Assembly (NCBI GenBank): GCA_039186735.1
Contig: JBCCZX010000001.1
Location: 1-61,137, forward strand
DNA: 61,137 bases
Origin: Verrucomicrobiota bacterium
GTDB lineage: Bacteria > Verrucomicrobiota > Verrucomicrobiia > Verrucomicrobiales > Akkermansiaceae
Direction of reading: 5' to 3'
Position 1 is the stretch's first letter, and every line of letters begins with the position of its first letter. Under the pieces are notes generated by a model. It ran no database searches. It was not told where the DNA came from and saw nothing but the letters and a program-made list of their open reading frames with translations. A program made the position numbers and the translations under genes. Below, piece after piece: positions 1 to 12,845 of the stretch.

Positions 1-1923
<1,923 letters not shown>

Positions 1924-1986
1924 CAGTTCATCTTGGTGTATGCCGAAAGAGCGAGCTTGTCATGTGGTGAGAAAATTTGAGATCGT

Positions 1987-4962
1987 TTGCCAGTGCGCCT
2001 TTTGGTTTTACTGAGCTTTCTTCTGCAGAGCACTTTTGTTGTTTGCGGCCACTCTTTCGAGACAAACGCGCGCTCTGTTCTCGTCCGAAATTGGACGACA
2101 CGAGACGGACTTCCACACAATCGAGTCCGTGATGTTGTACAAACGAGAGATGGTTTTGTTTGGATTGCAACGGACAGCGGAGTTTCGCGTTTTGATGGCA
2201 TGAAGTTTAAGAACTTTGGTCTTCGGGATGGCCTTCTTGTTCCTATCGCACTAGTTTTGAAGGAGGATCGCGATGGATCTCTTTGGATCGGTACCCTAGG
2301 TGGTGGGTTGAGTGTTTTGCGTGGTGATCAAATTGTAGAGACCTATACAACTGCGGACGGGTTGCCTTCAAATTGGGTTTCTAGAATCGGCTCTAACACG
2401 CTTGGCCAACTCACCGTTGTCACCAAGAATGGGAGCGCCGTTTTCGACGGCGAACGTTTTACTGCCATCTCTCCGAATGCACCCACTTCCCAGTATTCTT
2501 TGGCTGTTACACTGGATAAATATGGCAATGAGTGGGTTCGCCGGATTAATAATAGCTTTGAAAAAAAAGATGCCAGCGGCGAGTGGAAATTTGAAGTCGG
2601 AGGCCCTCGATGGATTCAGTCGTATTGTTTTGATGGGCAAGGACGGCTTTGGGTGAATTCTGCAAAATTCCTGTGGAAGAGGAATCGTAACGGTTGGGAG
2701 AAAGTTGAGATTCCAGAACCCCTTCTCGGAGCTATGGGGAATAGCAGTTCAATGGTTGCGGACTCATTAGGAACGATCTGGATTGCATCGTACCGTCACC
2801 GATTGATTGGTTATCGTGAGGGAAAATTTTTTGAACCGGATGCATTACCGCACTTTGTTCCTGAACTCGTCGAGAAGATCAAAGCAACCAGTGACGGGCA
2901 GATTTGGTTGACCTCAGCAAACGGCCTCTTCCGTCTGTCTGACCGCAGTATTCAAGTCGAATTGATTACTGACCCCGAAACGAATCCGCCGGCAAATAAT
3001 CTCGGAGGGCTCACATATCTTGGGGGCGAAAAGTTTATGGTGGCGACGCAAGGGGGAGGATATTTTTTTTGGGAAGAGGGCGCCATTGTGCCATTTACCG
3101 ATCCGTTGCATCTGAATCAAGGTTCGTGGGGAAACGCCCTTCTCTTGGCTGATGACCAGACACTTTGGATTGGTGATGGCAGCGGCTTGTTTTATCTCAG
3201 AGAGAGCGAACCCGTTCGTAAGCTTGAGTTACCGGGACGAAAGCGGGTTTCGATTTGGAGTCTTGCTCAAGGAAAAGACTGCATTTGGGTTGGTTCTGCG
3301 CGGGGGGAGTTGTATCGAGTGGAAGGGAGGAAAGCTGTTCAGGTTCCCTTCAGTTACGGCAATGAACCGATTAAAGCTATTAGCGAGAGTCTGGATGGAA
3401 CACTTTGGGTTGGCACTCGTAGCAATGGACTCTTTCGTCGAAAGAATGGTCAATGGACTCGATTCGGGCGTGATAGTGGGTTGATGAGCGAAGTGATTCG
3501 TGCACTCTTTATCGATCGAGAGGGGAGACTCTGGGTAGGATCTGACGGAGGGGGACTCTCGATTTATCACAAGGAACGATTTCTTTCGATCACGAAAGCA
3601 GAAGGCTTACCAAGTGACACGGTTTCGCAGATTTATTTGGATGCTACAGGCAGGCTTTGGTTAGGGACTCATCGAGGACTCGCAGTGCTCAGTGGAGACG
3701 ATGTCAACCGGCTTGTTAGTGGAAAGACCGACGACTTTTATCCTCTTGTGATCAATACGACCGACGGTCTCCCTACGGATGAATTTACGATTGTTGATCC
3801 TGTTGAATGTGACGATGGAACTGTTGCCTTTGCGACGATTCGCGGTTTTGTCCGCTTGCGACCAGAGTCTTTTTTACACAATGCCAGAAGGGCGCCAGTA
3901 TTTCTTGAAGCAGTTCTGGCTGATGGAACTTCCTACGGTTTCAAGAAGCAGCCTCTTGTCTTGCCAGCTGGCACAGAGAGATTGGAAATCGAGTATTCCG
4001 GTTTCTTTTTCGATGATCCGAAACGGCTTGAGTTTCGGGATCGTCTTGTTGGTTTGGAAGAAGATTGGATTTACGTAGGCAACCGGCGAACAGCAGAGTA
4101 TCGGAATCTGCGCCCGGGGAAATATCGTTTTGAAGTCCAAGCATCCAATGGGAATGGGCTTTGGAGTTCTTCAGCGGCCACAATTGAAGCTGTGATTCGC
4201 CCGTATGTTTGGCAGCGAATTTGGTTTCAAGTAGCAATCGTTCTCCTGGGAGCATGTTTCGTTGCATTATTTGTGAAACGATTCGAAAAGAGGAAAGCCC
4301 GGAGAAAATTCGAGGCGATGAGGCGTCGAGAAGCAGTTGATCAAGAGCGCGCGAGGATTGCGAGGGATCTTCATGATGATGTGGGTGCAAGTCTGACACA
4401 AATGGGTCTTCAAAGTCAGTTAGCCGAACGGAGTTTGAGACAACGGCCTGAAGTGGCAGGGAATCATCTTCAGGAGATATTCAAGACGGCGAGGCAAACA
4501 GCTCGTTCGCTCGATGAGATTGTGTGGGCAGTGAATCCGAGCAATGATGTTCTCGATAACTTTGTCCCTTTTCTAGCTTCGTTTGTGCAAGAATTTACCG
4601 ATGGAGCCGGGTTACGCACGCGGCTTGATCTGCCTGGGAGTCTGCCAAAGCTTCAGGTGACGGCAATGACGCGGCATCACATCTATCTCGCCTTGAAAGA
4701 GACGCTCCATAATGTTGTTAAGCACGCTGAGGCAACGGCGGTTACGCTAAAAGTGGAACTCATTAAGGGAACCTGCCGAATCACGCTCAAGGACAATGGA
4801 TCTTCGGCTGAGTCTTCGAGTCGTTTGTTAGGTGGAAAGGGTCTTGAAAATCTCAAACGTCGTCTCGCGGATATCGGGGGAACATACAGTCATCAAGTTT
4901 TACCTGTTGATGGAACACACGTTGTCTTAGAGTTTCCGTTGGAAAAAAAACTAGTTAGCTGA
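1987..4962 (+). CDS. Sensor histidine kinase with beta-propeller, Y_Y_Y and HisKA_3/HATPase domains
   Basis: Repeated DGLP..N.V / DxxGxLWIGT blades, YRNLRPGKYRFEV, TM helix, ERARIARDLHDDVG. Confidence 0.93.
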   Translation: MPVRLLVLLSFLLQSTFVVCGHSFETNARSVLVRNWTTRDGLPHNRVRDVVQTRDGFVWIATDSGVSRFDGMKFKNFGLRDGLLVPIALVLKEDRDGSLWIGTLGGGLSVLRGDQIVETYTTADGLPSNWVSRIGSNTLGQLTVVTKNGSAVFDGERFTAISPNAPTSQYSLAVTLDKYGNEWVRRINNSFEKKDASGEWKFEVGGPRWIQSYCFDGQGRLWVNSAKFLWKRNRNGWEKVEIPEPLLGAMGNSSSMVADSLGTIWIASYRHRLIGYREGKFFEPDALPHFVPELVEKIKATSDGQIWLTSANGLFRLSDRSIQVELITDPETNPPANNLGGLTYLGGEKFMVATQGGGYFFWEEGAIVPFTDPLHLNQGSWGNALLLADDQTLWIGDGSGLFYLRESEPVRKLELPGRKRVSIWSLAQGKDCIWVGSARGELYRVEGRKAVQVPFSYGNEPIKAISESLDGTLWVGTRSNGLFRRKNGQWTRFGRDSGLMSEVIRALFIDREGRLWVGSDGGGLSIYHKERFLSITKAEGLPSDTVSQIYLDATGRLWLGTHRGLAVLSGDDVNRLVSGKTDDFYPLVINTTDGLPTDEFTIVDPVECDDGTVAFATIRGFVRLRPESFLHNARRAPVFLEAVLADGTSYGFKKQPLVLPAGTERLEIEYSGFFFDDPKRLEFRDRLVGLEEDWIYVGNRRTAEYRNLRPGKYRFEVQASNGNGLWSSSAATIEAVIRPYVWQRIWFQVAIVLLGACFVALFVKRFEKRKARRKFEAMRRREAVDQERARIARDLHDDVGASLTQMGLQSQLAERSLRQRPEVAGNHLQEIFKTARQTARSLDEIVWAVNPSNDVLDNFVPFLASFVQEFTDGAGLRTRLDLPGSLPKLQVTAMTRHHIYLALKETLHNVVKHAEATAVTLKVELIKGTCRITLKDNGSSAESSSRLLGGKGLENLKRRLADIGGTYSHQVLPVDGTHVVLEFPLEKKLVS

Positions 4963-4963
4963 T

Positions 4964-5641
4964 TTGAATACTTCAGAAAAAAAACACAAGCTGCTCGTTT
5001 CGCAACAGCAAGAGCGTCCGATCACTCTGGCAATTGTTGAAGACGACCAGAGAATTCGCTGGGGACTGACGTCTATTCTCGATGAGGAGGACGGATTCCT
5101 TTGCGTGGGAAAATACGAATCTGCAGAAGAGGCGCTGAGCGATTTAGAAGATAGACCTCCGCAAGTTGTGTTGCTCGATATTAACCTACCGGGGATGAAT
5201 GGGATTGAATGTGCCAAGCGGCTTCGAAAGTTAGAAAATCCTCCGCAGATCATTATGCTTACGATTCGACAAGATTCAGAAATTATTTTTGATGCTTTGG
5301 CAGCCGGGGCGAGTGGTTATCTGCTCAAGCCGCCAACAGCTGACGAATTGTTGAGTGCAATCAGGGATGTTTCCACGGGGGGGGCGCCGATGACTGCTTC
5401 GATTGCTCGTCGGGTTGTACAATCATTTAGACAGCCACGCTCCCAATCTGCTGAGATTGAGAGTCTCACACCGCGAGAGCTTGAAGTTCTTGACCTGCTT
5501 TCAAAGGGTTATGCGTATAAGGAAGTGGCTGCGGAACTTGGGATCAGTTATTCGACAGTCCAAAGGCACATCGAGAACATCTACCGAAAGCTTCATGTTC
5601 ATTCAGCTACTCACGCTGTGTCCAAATATTTGGGAGCGTGA
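4964..5641 (+). CDS. NarL/LuxR-family response regulator
   Basis: IVEDD...LLDINLPGMNG...GYLLK receiver; LTPRELEVL...KEVA.ELGIS..TV HTH. Confidence 0.95.
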   Translation: MNTSEKKHKLLVSQQQERPITLAIVEDDQRIRWGLTSILDEEDGFLCVGKYESAEEALSDLEDRPPQVVLLDINLPGMNGIECAKRLRKLENPPQIIMLTIRQDSEIIFDALAAGASGYLLKPPTADELLSAIRDVSTGGAPMTASIARRVVQSFRQPRSQSAEIESLTPRELEVLDLLSKGYAYKEVAAELGISYSTVQRHIENIYRKLHVHSATHAVSKYLGA

Positions 5642-5684
5642 TTTTCTGGTAAAGCTTGCTAGTTGACTCCCCCGATTCCAAAAA

Positions 5685-5700
5685 TGGGTAGTTTTGCCCA
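5685..5700. promoter_or_regulatory. Second copy of the operator (TGGGTAGTTTTGCCCA)
   Basis: Matches the 1908 palindrome; upstream of the secreted protein gene. Confidence 0.55.
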
Positions 5701-5824
5701 CTGGTTTCCCTCGACTGGGCTGGCTAGCGTCAAATCGTGCTAATCGAGTCTCACACCGTGACGTTTGATTTTTCACGACACTGGCTCCACTTATCACGCA
5801 ATTCAAACACGATACCAAAACCCA

Positions 5825-8143
5825 ATGAAAATATACCACCGAGCATCGTTCATAGCCGTGGCTCTGAACTGCTGCTTAGCTTCGGCCCTTGTTGCCCAGC
5901 AGCAAGTCGGAGACTTCCGACTCAATTCAGGCGCCCCTTACAATAATCGGTCCTTCGCTTTCGATAGCAGTTTTTCCTTCACGACCCGGGATGTCACTGG
6001 TGCGCCTGTTCAAGTTCCGTCGACGTTAAGTGGTGTTACTCAGAACGGAGTTGCTCCGGCGGGGGATGTTTCTACTGATTTTTATGTTCGGAACTTCTCA
6101 TCATCGACCTCATTTCGTAATCATACCCGCTTCGGGCCTGACCCTGATGGACCTTCTGGTCCTGAGGGAGGCAATACAGCGATTGGTGCCAAACAGTGGA
6201 CATTTGATTTGTCAGTTTTGGAGACTTATCTCACAACCAATTCCGAGACGCTTACGGGATTGGATCTGAGAATGATTTTGAATCCGAATTCGTCCGGCTT
6301 AACGAAGCTCTTTGATATTTACCTCTCGTATACTGAACCGAGCGAGAGCATTACGCTCACTGATATTTCAGATGATCCCTCGGTAAATTACACGGATTGG
6401 TGGTTTGCTGCACGTTCTGGCGCCGAAGGTGACGTCATTAATGGAACACATAAAATTCTCAAATTGAACACGTCTGGAGCGCAAGATTTTATGGAAAGCT
6501 TTCTTGCTCTCTATCAGGCAGGTGTTCGAGAAGTTAATGTAGTCGTTATTGTCGGAGAGTTCTTCTCAGGTCGGCATTTGACAGTTCCTGCTGGAGCAGG
6601 TCTTTACATTACAACAGACGTTGTGACTGTTGCTGAGCAGGTATCGGACCTCAGACTTCCTACAGGAGGTACGTTTCCAAACAGCACCAATGTCGCTTTT
6701 GATCGGATCGAGGATTTTGATACGCGGACTACTGGGAGTTTAGTTCTGGAAATTCCCACGACCTTCTCGGCAACATCACAAATTCAGGGTGGAAACCCCG
6801 TTTCTCCGCTTCAGGGCCTTGCGTTTTTTGATATTGATGGAATCGAAGGAAATACAGGTAGCACTGCAAGTGGGGCTGATGCTACAGTCCTTGGTTACGG
6901 AGCGGCAGGAATTGGAGCAACGGCTGCAGATGGCTTTCAATACACGGCTTTAGTGGGGACTGGAGATTTTGATTATTCAGCAACTTTACTTTCTATGTCG
7001 ATTACGCCTCCTTCAGCCCGGGCAGGATTGATGGTTCGTCAAGATGATTCAGTTGATGCGGCTCACGTTTTTCTCGGTTTTCAACAAAGTGGTGAGATAG
7101 TCGTCGTCGTCAGGGATGCAGCTGGGAATACAGCTACCCAGACCATTGGGACACAATTTTTACCTCCAGTGGAATTTCGTATCCAACGTGTTGGAGATGT
7201 TTTTAGCTTCTTCGTTGATGGCGTCGCAGCCGTTGATCCAGATGCAACAGTTGTCATGTCTGGCGATGTGTTAGCGGGATTTGCGGTGACGAGTGGTTCG
7301 GATGTGATTGGTGAGAGTACGATAGCAGAATTTACGAATTCTTCGATAAATCTGCCAAGTCCTGACGATGATATCTCCATCCGGACGGAAGAGTTTACAC
7401 GGATTCAGACATTGAATAGATTTACTTCTACTACGAGTGCAGGTGCTGCCCAATGGGCAATCGATCTGATGCCTTTAGAAGATTACCTTACTGTCAACGG
7501 ACTTAGTTTAACAGGACTTGAGTTACGCTTGCTCGCTATTGCATCTGACACTGTGAGACCAGTTGATGCCTATCTCTCATATACAAATCCTACGGATAAT
7601 ATTAGCTTAGCTAGTCTTTCTGCAGATCTGGCGACGACAAAGAATCTAGGTGACTTGAATTACGATGATTTCATTGTTCCGGCTCTTGGGGCTACGGTGG
7701 GCGATATTGTAGGTGGAACCCACAAAGTCCTGCGGACAGCTACGGCAGGAGATTTTAACCTCACAGAAGATATTCTTTCTTTGTATGACCAGGGAGTTCG
7801 AGAATTGAATCTGATTCTTTCGACAGACGATTTCTATAAAAACAAGAATCTTGATATCCAAGATGGATCGGGAATTTTTATTGAGACGACGGGCGGAAGT
7901 TCGGCTATCGAGATTACTAGTTGTGGTTTTTCCGGCTCAAGCTTTGTTGTTCAAGTTGATGGATTGACGAATGGGCAAACTTATCATCTCCGAAGTTCAT
8001 CAGATATGGTGACCTTTGATCCGATAGCGGGAAGCGATGTGGTCGCTACTGGTAGTGCTGATACCTTTAGTAATGACCCCGATCTTATGACAGATCCAAG
8101 ACTCTTCTATCAGATATTTGAGGGAAGTGCGAGTAGTCTGTAG
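5825..8143 (+). CDS. Secreted protein with two copies of an unrecognised domain, an inserted DUF1349/ConA-like module and a Verrucomicrobia-type C-terminal domain
   Basis: Signal peptide from ATG 5825; internal repeat (QWTFDLSVLETYLT/QWAIDLMPLEDYLT, DIYLSYTEP/DAYLSYTNP, GTHKILK/GTHKVLR); GDFDY...ARAGLMVRQ module. Confidence 0.75.
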   Translation: MKIYHRASFIAVALNCCLASALVAQQQVGDFRLNSGAPYNNRSFAFDSSFSFTTRDVTGAPVQVPSTLSGVTQNGVAPAGDVSTDFYVRNFSSSTSFRNHTRFGPDPDGPSGPEGGNTAIGAKQWTFDLSVLETYLTTNSETLTGLDLRMILNPNSSGLTKLFDIYLSYTEPSESITLTDISDDPSVNYTDWWFAARSGAEGDVINGTHKILKLNTSGAQDFMESFLALYQAGVREVNVVVIVGEFFSGRHLTVPAGAGLYITTDVVTVAEQVSDLRLPTGGTFPNSTNVAFDRIEDFDTRTTGSLVLEIPTTFSATSQIQGGNPVSPLQGLAFFDIDGIEGNTGSTASGADATVLGYGAAGIGATAADGFQYTALVGTGDFDYSATLLSMSITPPSARAGLMVRQDDSVDAAHVFLGFQQSGEIVVVVRDAAGNTATQTIGTQFLPPVEFRIQRVGDVFSFFVDGVAAVDPDATVVMSGDVLAGFAVTSGSDVIGESTIAEFTNSSINLPSPDDDISIRTEEFTRIQTLNRFTSTTSAGAAQWAIDLMPLEDYLTVNGLSLTGLELRLLAIASDTVRPVDAYLSYTNPTDNISLASLSADLATTKNLGDLNYDDFIVPALGATVGDIVGGTHKVLRTATAGDFNLTEDILSLYDQGVRELNLILSTDDFYKNKNLDIQDGSGIFIETTGGSSAIEITSCGFSGSSFVVQVDGLTNGQTYHLRSSSDMVTFDPIAGSDVVATGSADTFSNDPDLMTDPRLFYQIFEGSASSL

Positions 8144-8185
8144 TCTCATTACAGATTGCGATAGATTCTGAGATCTATTTCAGTT

Positions 8186-8215
8186 ACGCCTCCGCACATT
8201 GGGGGCGTTTTTTTT
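8186..8215 (+). terminator. Rho-independent terminator
   Basis: ACGCCTCC-gcacatt-GGGGGCGT stem followed by a T tract. Confidence 0.75.
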
Positions 8216-8349
8216 AGTGGTTTTTTTCTTATCTCACCACTTTCAAATCTATCGCCGGAATGAATATGATTATTTTTTAGCGACAATTGGGATGAAATGC
8301 CAATAGACGACTGCTTGTCAGATGTGAAAGCTTATACTTCTGAAAACCG

Positions 8350-11300
8350 ATGAAAGCCCGGAACTTGCAGAGAGTAGAAGGGAAAGTTGAGAACAATTCA
8401 GGTTTCTCTTTGATCGTGACTGTCACGCTCTTGACCTTACTTCTCCTTCTTTCACTTGGACTGCTCGGTCTCTCGACATCGGTTATACGGGGAGGTTCAG
8501 GTGAAGAATCGAAAAGAGAAGCAAGAGCCAATGCACGTTTGGCTTTATCTCTTGCAATCGCGAAACTGCAAGAGACCGCAGGCTTGGATCAAAGAGTAAC
8601 AGCGCATGCGAAGCTTATTTACGATTCAGTCGACGGGTCTGGTTATTGGACTGGAATTTGGTCTTCTGAACGAGGTGAGCACGTTCATCCTCACCAAGCA
8701 GCTTTGTACGGCCAGAGGCAACTTGCTTGGTTAGTGAGTGGAGCAGCGCAGCTTGAGAGCGCTCCCCCTTCTCTTGAAGCGAGAATTGAATCTGGTAATG
8801 CGGTCAAGCTTGCTACCGGCGGTGCGGCAGGGGTGCCTTCACAATCGGTGATTGTTCCCGTAGTCGATGTGAGTTCGAGTAGAGGGCGATACAACTCCAT
8901 TGCTTATTGGATATCAGATGAATCACAGAAAGCCAACCTGTCGGTTGTTGAGCGAACTCGTGCCATGCCAGATCAGGTCGTGAAGGAGGAACTCCTCAAG
9001 ACTGCTCAATCAAGTCCACCTTCACTGATCCAGAGCACTGGTGGTTCTTCTGAAGAAATTTTTTCGAAATGGAAGCAAGGAGAAGCAAGGCAGTGGTTGG
9101 CAACGGCGCCTACATTCAATTCCTTGGATCATGTGGTTGCCAAGTCGACTGGGCTTGCGATGGGAGATCTGAATTTGCGAGACGCGATGGATGGGCTGCT
9201 CCATGACGTGACAGTCGATAGCCGGAGTTTGCCGGTTGATGTGGTTGATGGAGGTTACAAAGGTGATCTCTCTGTTGCCTTTAGTTATGGGAATGGGAAG
9301 TTTGTCTCTTCAGTTGTTCCCGAGTTGTCGAAGCGGTCAGAACATGTTTTTGGACCAGTTATGTCGGACTTTGTCGGTCAAATATTTCCGGGGGTGCAAG
9401 CAGATGATTCTTATGACCCAGGAGGTCCTTATTGGAGTCAGTTGCACGCTCATGTCAATCGGCGCACCAGTGGGTCGGGAGGTGGGGTGCAGTTTCAAAA
9501 ACCAATGGACAACGATCCGGGATTTTTTCCTGTGATGTCTAGATTTCAATGGTCCATAAAGGCGTTTTCCGTTCCGGTTGTCGATGGGGAAGAGATTTTG
9601 GGAAGTCAGACAGCACCATCGGATTCTCAAAATCTCTACGGATTTATTTTTCCGACAGTTACTCTTTGGAATCCCTACAACGTGGCGATGATAGTCGATC
9701 AACCCATTGTGATAGAAACTGATTTCAATGGCTTTGTAGCCCAGGCTGATTCTCAAGTTGTGAGGATAGCTGGACATCCTGGGGCGGTTTCTGCGCAAGC
9801 ATTCAATGTTGAGTTTATGAGTCGGGGTGAGGGAGTCTTTGAAGCGGTTGGAGAGGATCCCTTGTGGCACAGAAATGTAATTCGCTTTGTGATTGAGCCG
9901 TTTCAGCTGGAGGCAGGACAAGCGTTGAATTTTGCTGCGAAGAAAAATACAGAGATTGCACCTGATGGGAGAAATCTGCTGAGTCCTGTGGGAAATGGAA
10001 TTCTCGCGAAAGGTTTCTATGCCAAAAAAGAGCTTCCGGGGCAGAGAGCGATTCCGAGTAATGCTGAGTGGTGGGCGAAAGTCACGATTGCAGGAAATTC
10101 GACTTTTCGAACACCTAATAAGCGAAGTCTTCGGACATGGGGCAGATTTTATCCGATGGTGAACTTTTATGTTGAGGGCGATGGATTTTCACCGGCCGCG
10201 CGCTATGCGTCATTCTTTGCCGGCAGGTTTCGATATAACTCTGGAAGCGGTAGTGCAGAGCCTATCCGAACAGTTGGCTTATCAGATATTCCATCCCCAC
10301 TTGGATCTGGGGGCGATTTTGTCTATGCCGAAGGAAGTCGTGATCGTTTTAAACATGATCGACCTAATCTTGGGTCTAGCGGGGTGATGGCATTCCCGGG
10401 TGTGCCGGTAGAAATTAATCAATCGAACTCGGTGAGTTTTCCGCTTTATCAGCAAGCGAACGTTCGAGCGGTTTATGCACCTGCACCGCCTCAAGAACAC
10501 AATGCTGTCGCGCAGCGAGCTTTTTGAAATAAGGGGCTTAATTTGGGAAGCCCACTTTATCTGAATGAGGTCAAACGTCCTGCTTCGTATAGTGGAGGTG
10601 AGCCGTTTTATTCCAAGGGGATCGATATCGGCAATGCCACCGCTTATACGGGGTATGATATTACGGAAGTTTATGGCTCACGGAGATCAGTTTTGTTCGA
10701 AGTTCCCAGGAGGGACAGCCGCTTCGTCAGTATTGGAGAGTTGATGCATGCCAATTTGTTCAAGCTGCCCTCGGGAGAGGCCCGGGCATTCAACTACAGT
10801 CAAAATTTCTACCTTCAAGGCTGTTCACCGACTTACGCAATTGGAAATTCTGCGGCAAGTGCCTTCATCCCCCTTGACCGTTCGGGCGTCAGTTTCCGGG
10901 ATCCTTCGTCTACAGCTCTTTCTGTAGGTGGGCTTCAAGGTGCTCACTATGATTACTCTTATCTTTTGAACCAAGTTCTGTGGGATGATTTGGCGTTCAG
11001 CAGCTTGGAGCGTGGGCAGACAGAGCTTCCGAATCAAAGCAACCCTCTCGCCAATTCAAGAATGCGCTCTTGGCCAAATGCCGATCAGGATACGCTTCAT
11101 GAATGGGATAAGTCGTTGGCTTGCTTCTACGTCGATGGAGGATTTAATGTCAATTCCGTTTCTGTAGCTGGATGGACAGCGCTATTGAGTGCCTTTCGTG
11201 GATTGGATTTACCAAGTGAGAGTGGTGAACGAAACGGAAGTTCAGGTGACGATCTTCATACATTCGCCCGTTCACTCAATCCTGAAGGAGGTGCTCTCAC

Positions 11301-11976
11301 AACTGGTGGTGCAACGGGTTTGGGCGGAGAAGATTTCCAAGCCAATTATGCTGCTTATCGTCGTTTGAGTGATGAGCAGATTCAAAAGCTTGCAGAAGAG
11401 ATCGTTTCTCTTTCGAAACAAAGACTTCGGTCCCGAGGCGGTGAGTCTCAGGCTCGACCGTTTTTGTCTTTGGGTGAATTTGTGAACCGTTCAATTGAAA
11501 CTCGTGATCTTGAAAATCCTGCACGGAGGCCATTCACCTTTTCGGGAATTTTACAGAAGGCGATTGATCGTACGAGCATCAATTCTCATACGCGAGATAA
11601 TCCCCAGAGTGGGCTGTTTTACGTTGATCGCAAACAATCCGCCTATTTTGAAGAGAACCTTGAACTGCTGTCTGATCAAGCAAGGGAAGCTTTTTGTCCC
11701 GGAAACTTAACGCAAGCAGACATACTCGCGCGGATTGGTGCGGTCCTCACAGTGCGATCGGATACATTCCGGATTAGAGCTTATGGCACCTCCAAGTCAC
11801 AATCGGGAAAGATTTTATCCGAAGCTTTTTGTGAGGCTATTGTTCAGCGAGTACCTGATTTTCTCGGAGGCGAAAAGCCAACTACTCATCAGAGTGAGTT
11901 AAGTGATGAGAGCCTTCGTTTTGGAAGGCGCTTTCTAGTGACGAAATTCAGATGGTTGAATCCGCAAGAAATTTAA
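8350..11976 (+). pseudogene. Giant PilX/GspK-like (Verru_Chthon cassette A-like) protein of 1208 codons, interrupted by a single in-frame TGA at 10525-10527 (nonsense mutation, read-through or sequence error)
   Basis: N-terminal GFSLIVTV+hydrophobic prepilin-like leader and ARANARLAL..AI..LQ..AG.DQRVTA; C-terminal TVRSDTFRIRAYG...CEA.VQR...FGRRF...FRWL; ORFs 8350-10527 and 10543-11976 are in the same frame. Confidence 0.7.
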
Positions 11977-11983
11977 TTGGGAT

Positions 11984-12784
11984 ATGAGACTGTGTTTATT
12001 GATTTTTTCTGGATGGGTTTTTTCTTGTCAGCTTCTCTCTGCGAGAGAATTCAATTATGATTTTGAATTTCAAGTGATTCATTGGACTCAGAAGAAGCTC
12101 GATCAACTTGGGAGAGTGAGAGGTGGAGAGGCGAGGGTTCTCCGCTTACCATTAGAGCTGAAATATGCTTCGGAGGATGGGATGAAGCAATTTTACTGTA
12201 TGGAAGACACTTTGTCGGAGCTGCAGGTTTATCAGTCAGATGAGCCGCTTGTGATTTTCCAATCTAAGCAAGCATATTCGGGTAGCTCTGATGAATCGCA
12301 GGAAAAGATGGCTTTCGCGCGTCCGAAGATTTCTGAGGGTCAAGGGCGTTGGTTAATTTTATTGGTGGAAAGGCCGGATCAGAAGGTTCGCTCTGTCGTT
12401 TACGACATATCGCGGTCGGTTTTAAAGAAGGATTCCATGCGTCTTGTCAATCTGACTCCTTTGCCTCTGCGGCTTGATGTCGGTGGGCAGAAGATTGAGG
12501 TTGAGAGTTCTTCAGCACGAGATTTGTCGACTTCCTTTTACAAAACGAGAAGTCTGAAGATTCGAGCTGCGCAGTTTCATGAGCCGAGCGAGCGGTGGAA
12601 GTTGAAGCTCAGTCGTCAGGTTTCCAAAGTCGGGCCTATTCGTAAAATAGCTTTTTTTTATCAGACAAACTTTCTTCGGGCTGGTCAGCTTGATAGCTTG
12701 ATCGTTGACCTTGACGTGAAGCCCGCGGAAGTGGATTTGAAGGAGCTTAGGTTATTGCGTGAAGAGGAGCTCAGAGGGTATTAG
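11984..12784 (+). CDS. Exported hypothetical protein, partner of the pseudopilin-like gene
   Basis: Signal peptide, starts 7 nt after the upstream stop, RLVNLTP.PL motif. Confidence 0.7.
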   Translation: MRLCLLIFSGWVFSCQLLSAREFNYDFEFQVIHWTQKKLDQLGRVRGGEARVLRLPLELKYASEDGMKQFYCMEDTLSELQVYQSDEPLVIFQSKQAYSGSSDESQEKMAFARPKISEGQGRWLILLVERPDQKVRSVVYDISRSVLKKDSMRLVNLTPLPLRLDVGGQKIEVESSSARDLSTSFYKTRSLKIRAAQFHEPSERWKLKLSRQVSKVGPIRKIAFFYQTNFLRAGQLDSLIVDLDVKPAEVDLKELRLLREEELRGY

Positions 12785-12845
12785 GTAGAAGGTGCTGCGC
12801 AACATTCTGAAACAATGCCTTGGTGTGGATTCAATTCCGCTTCTG

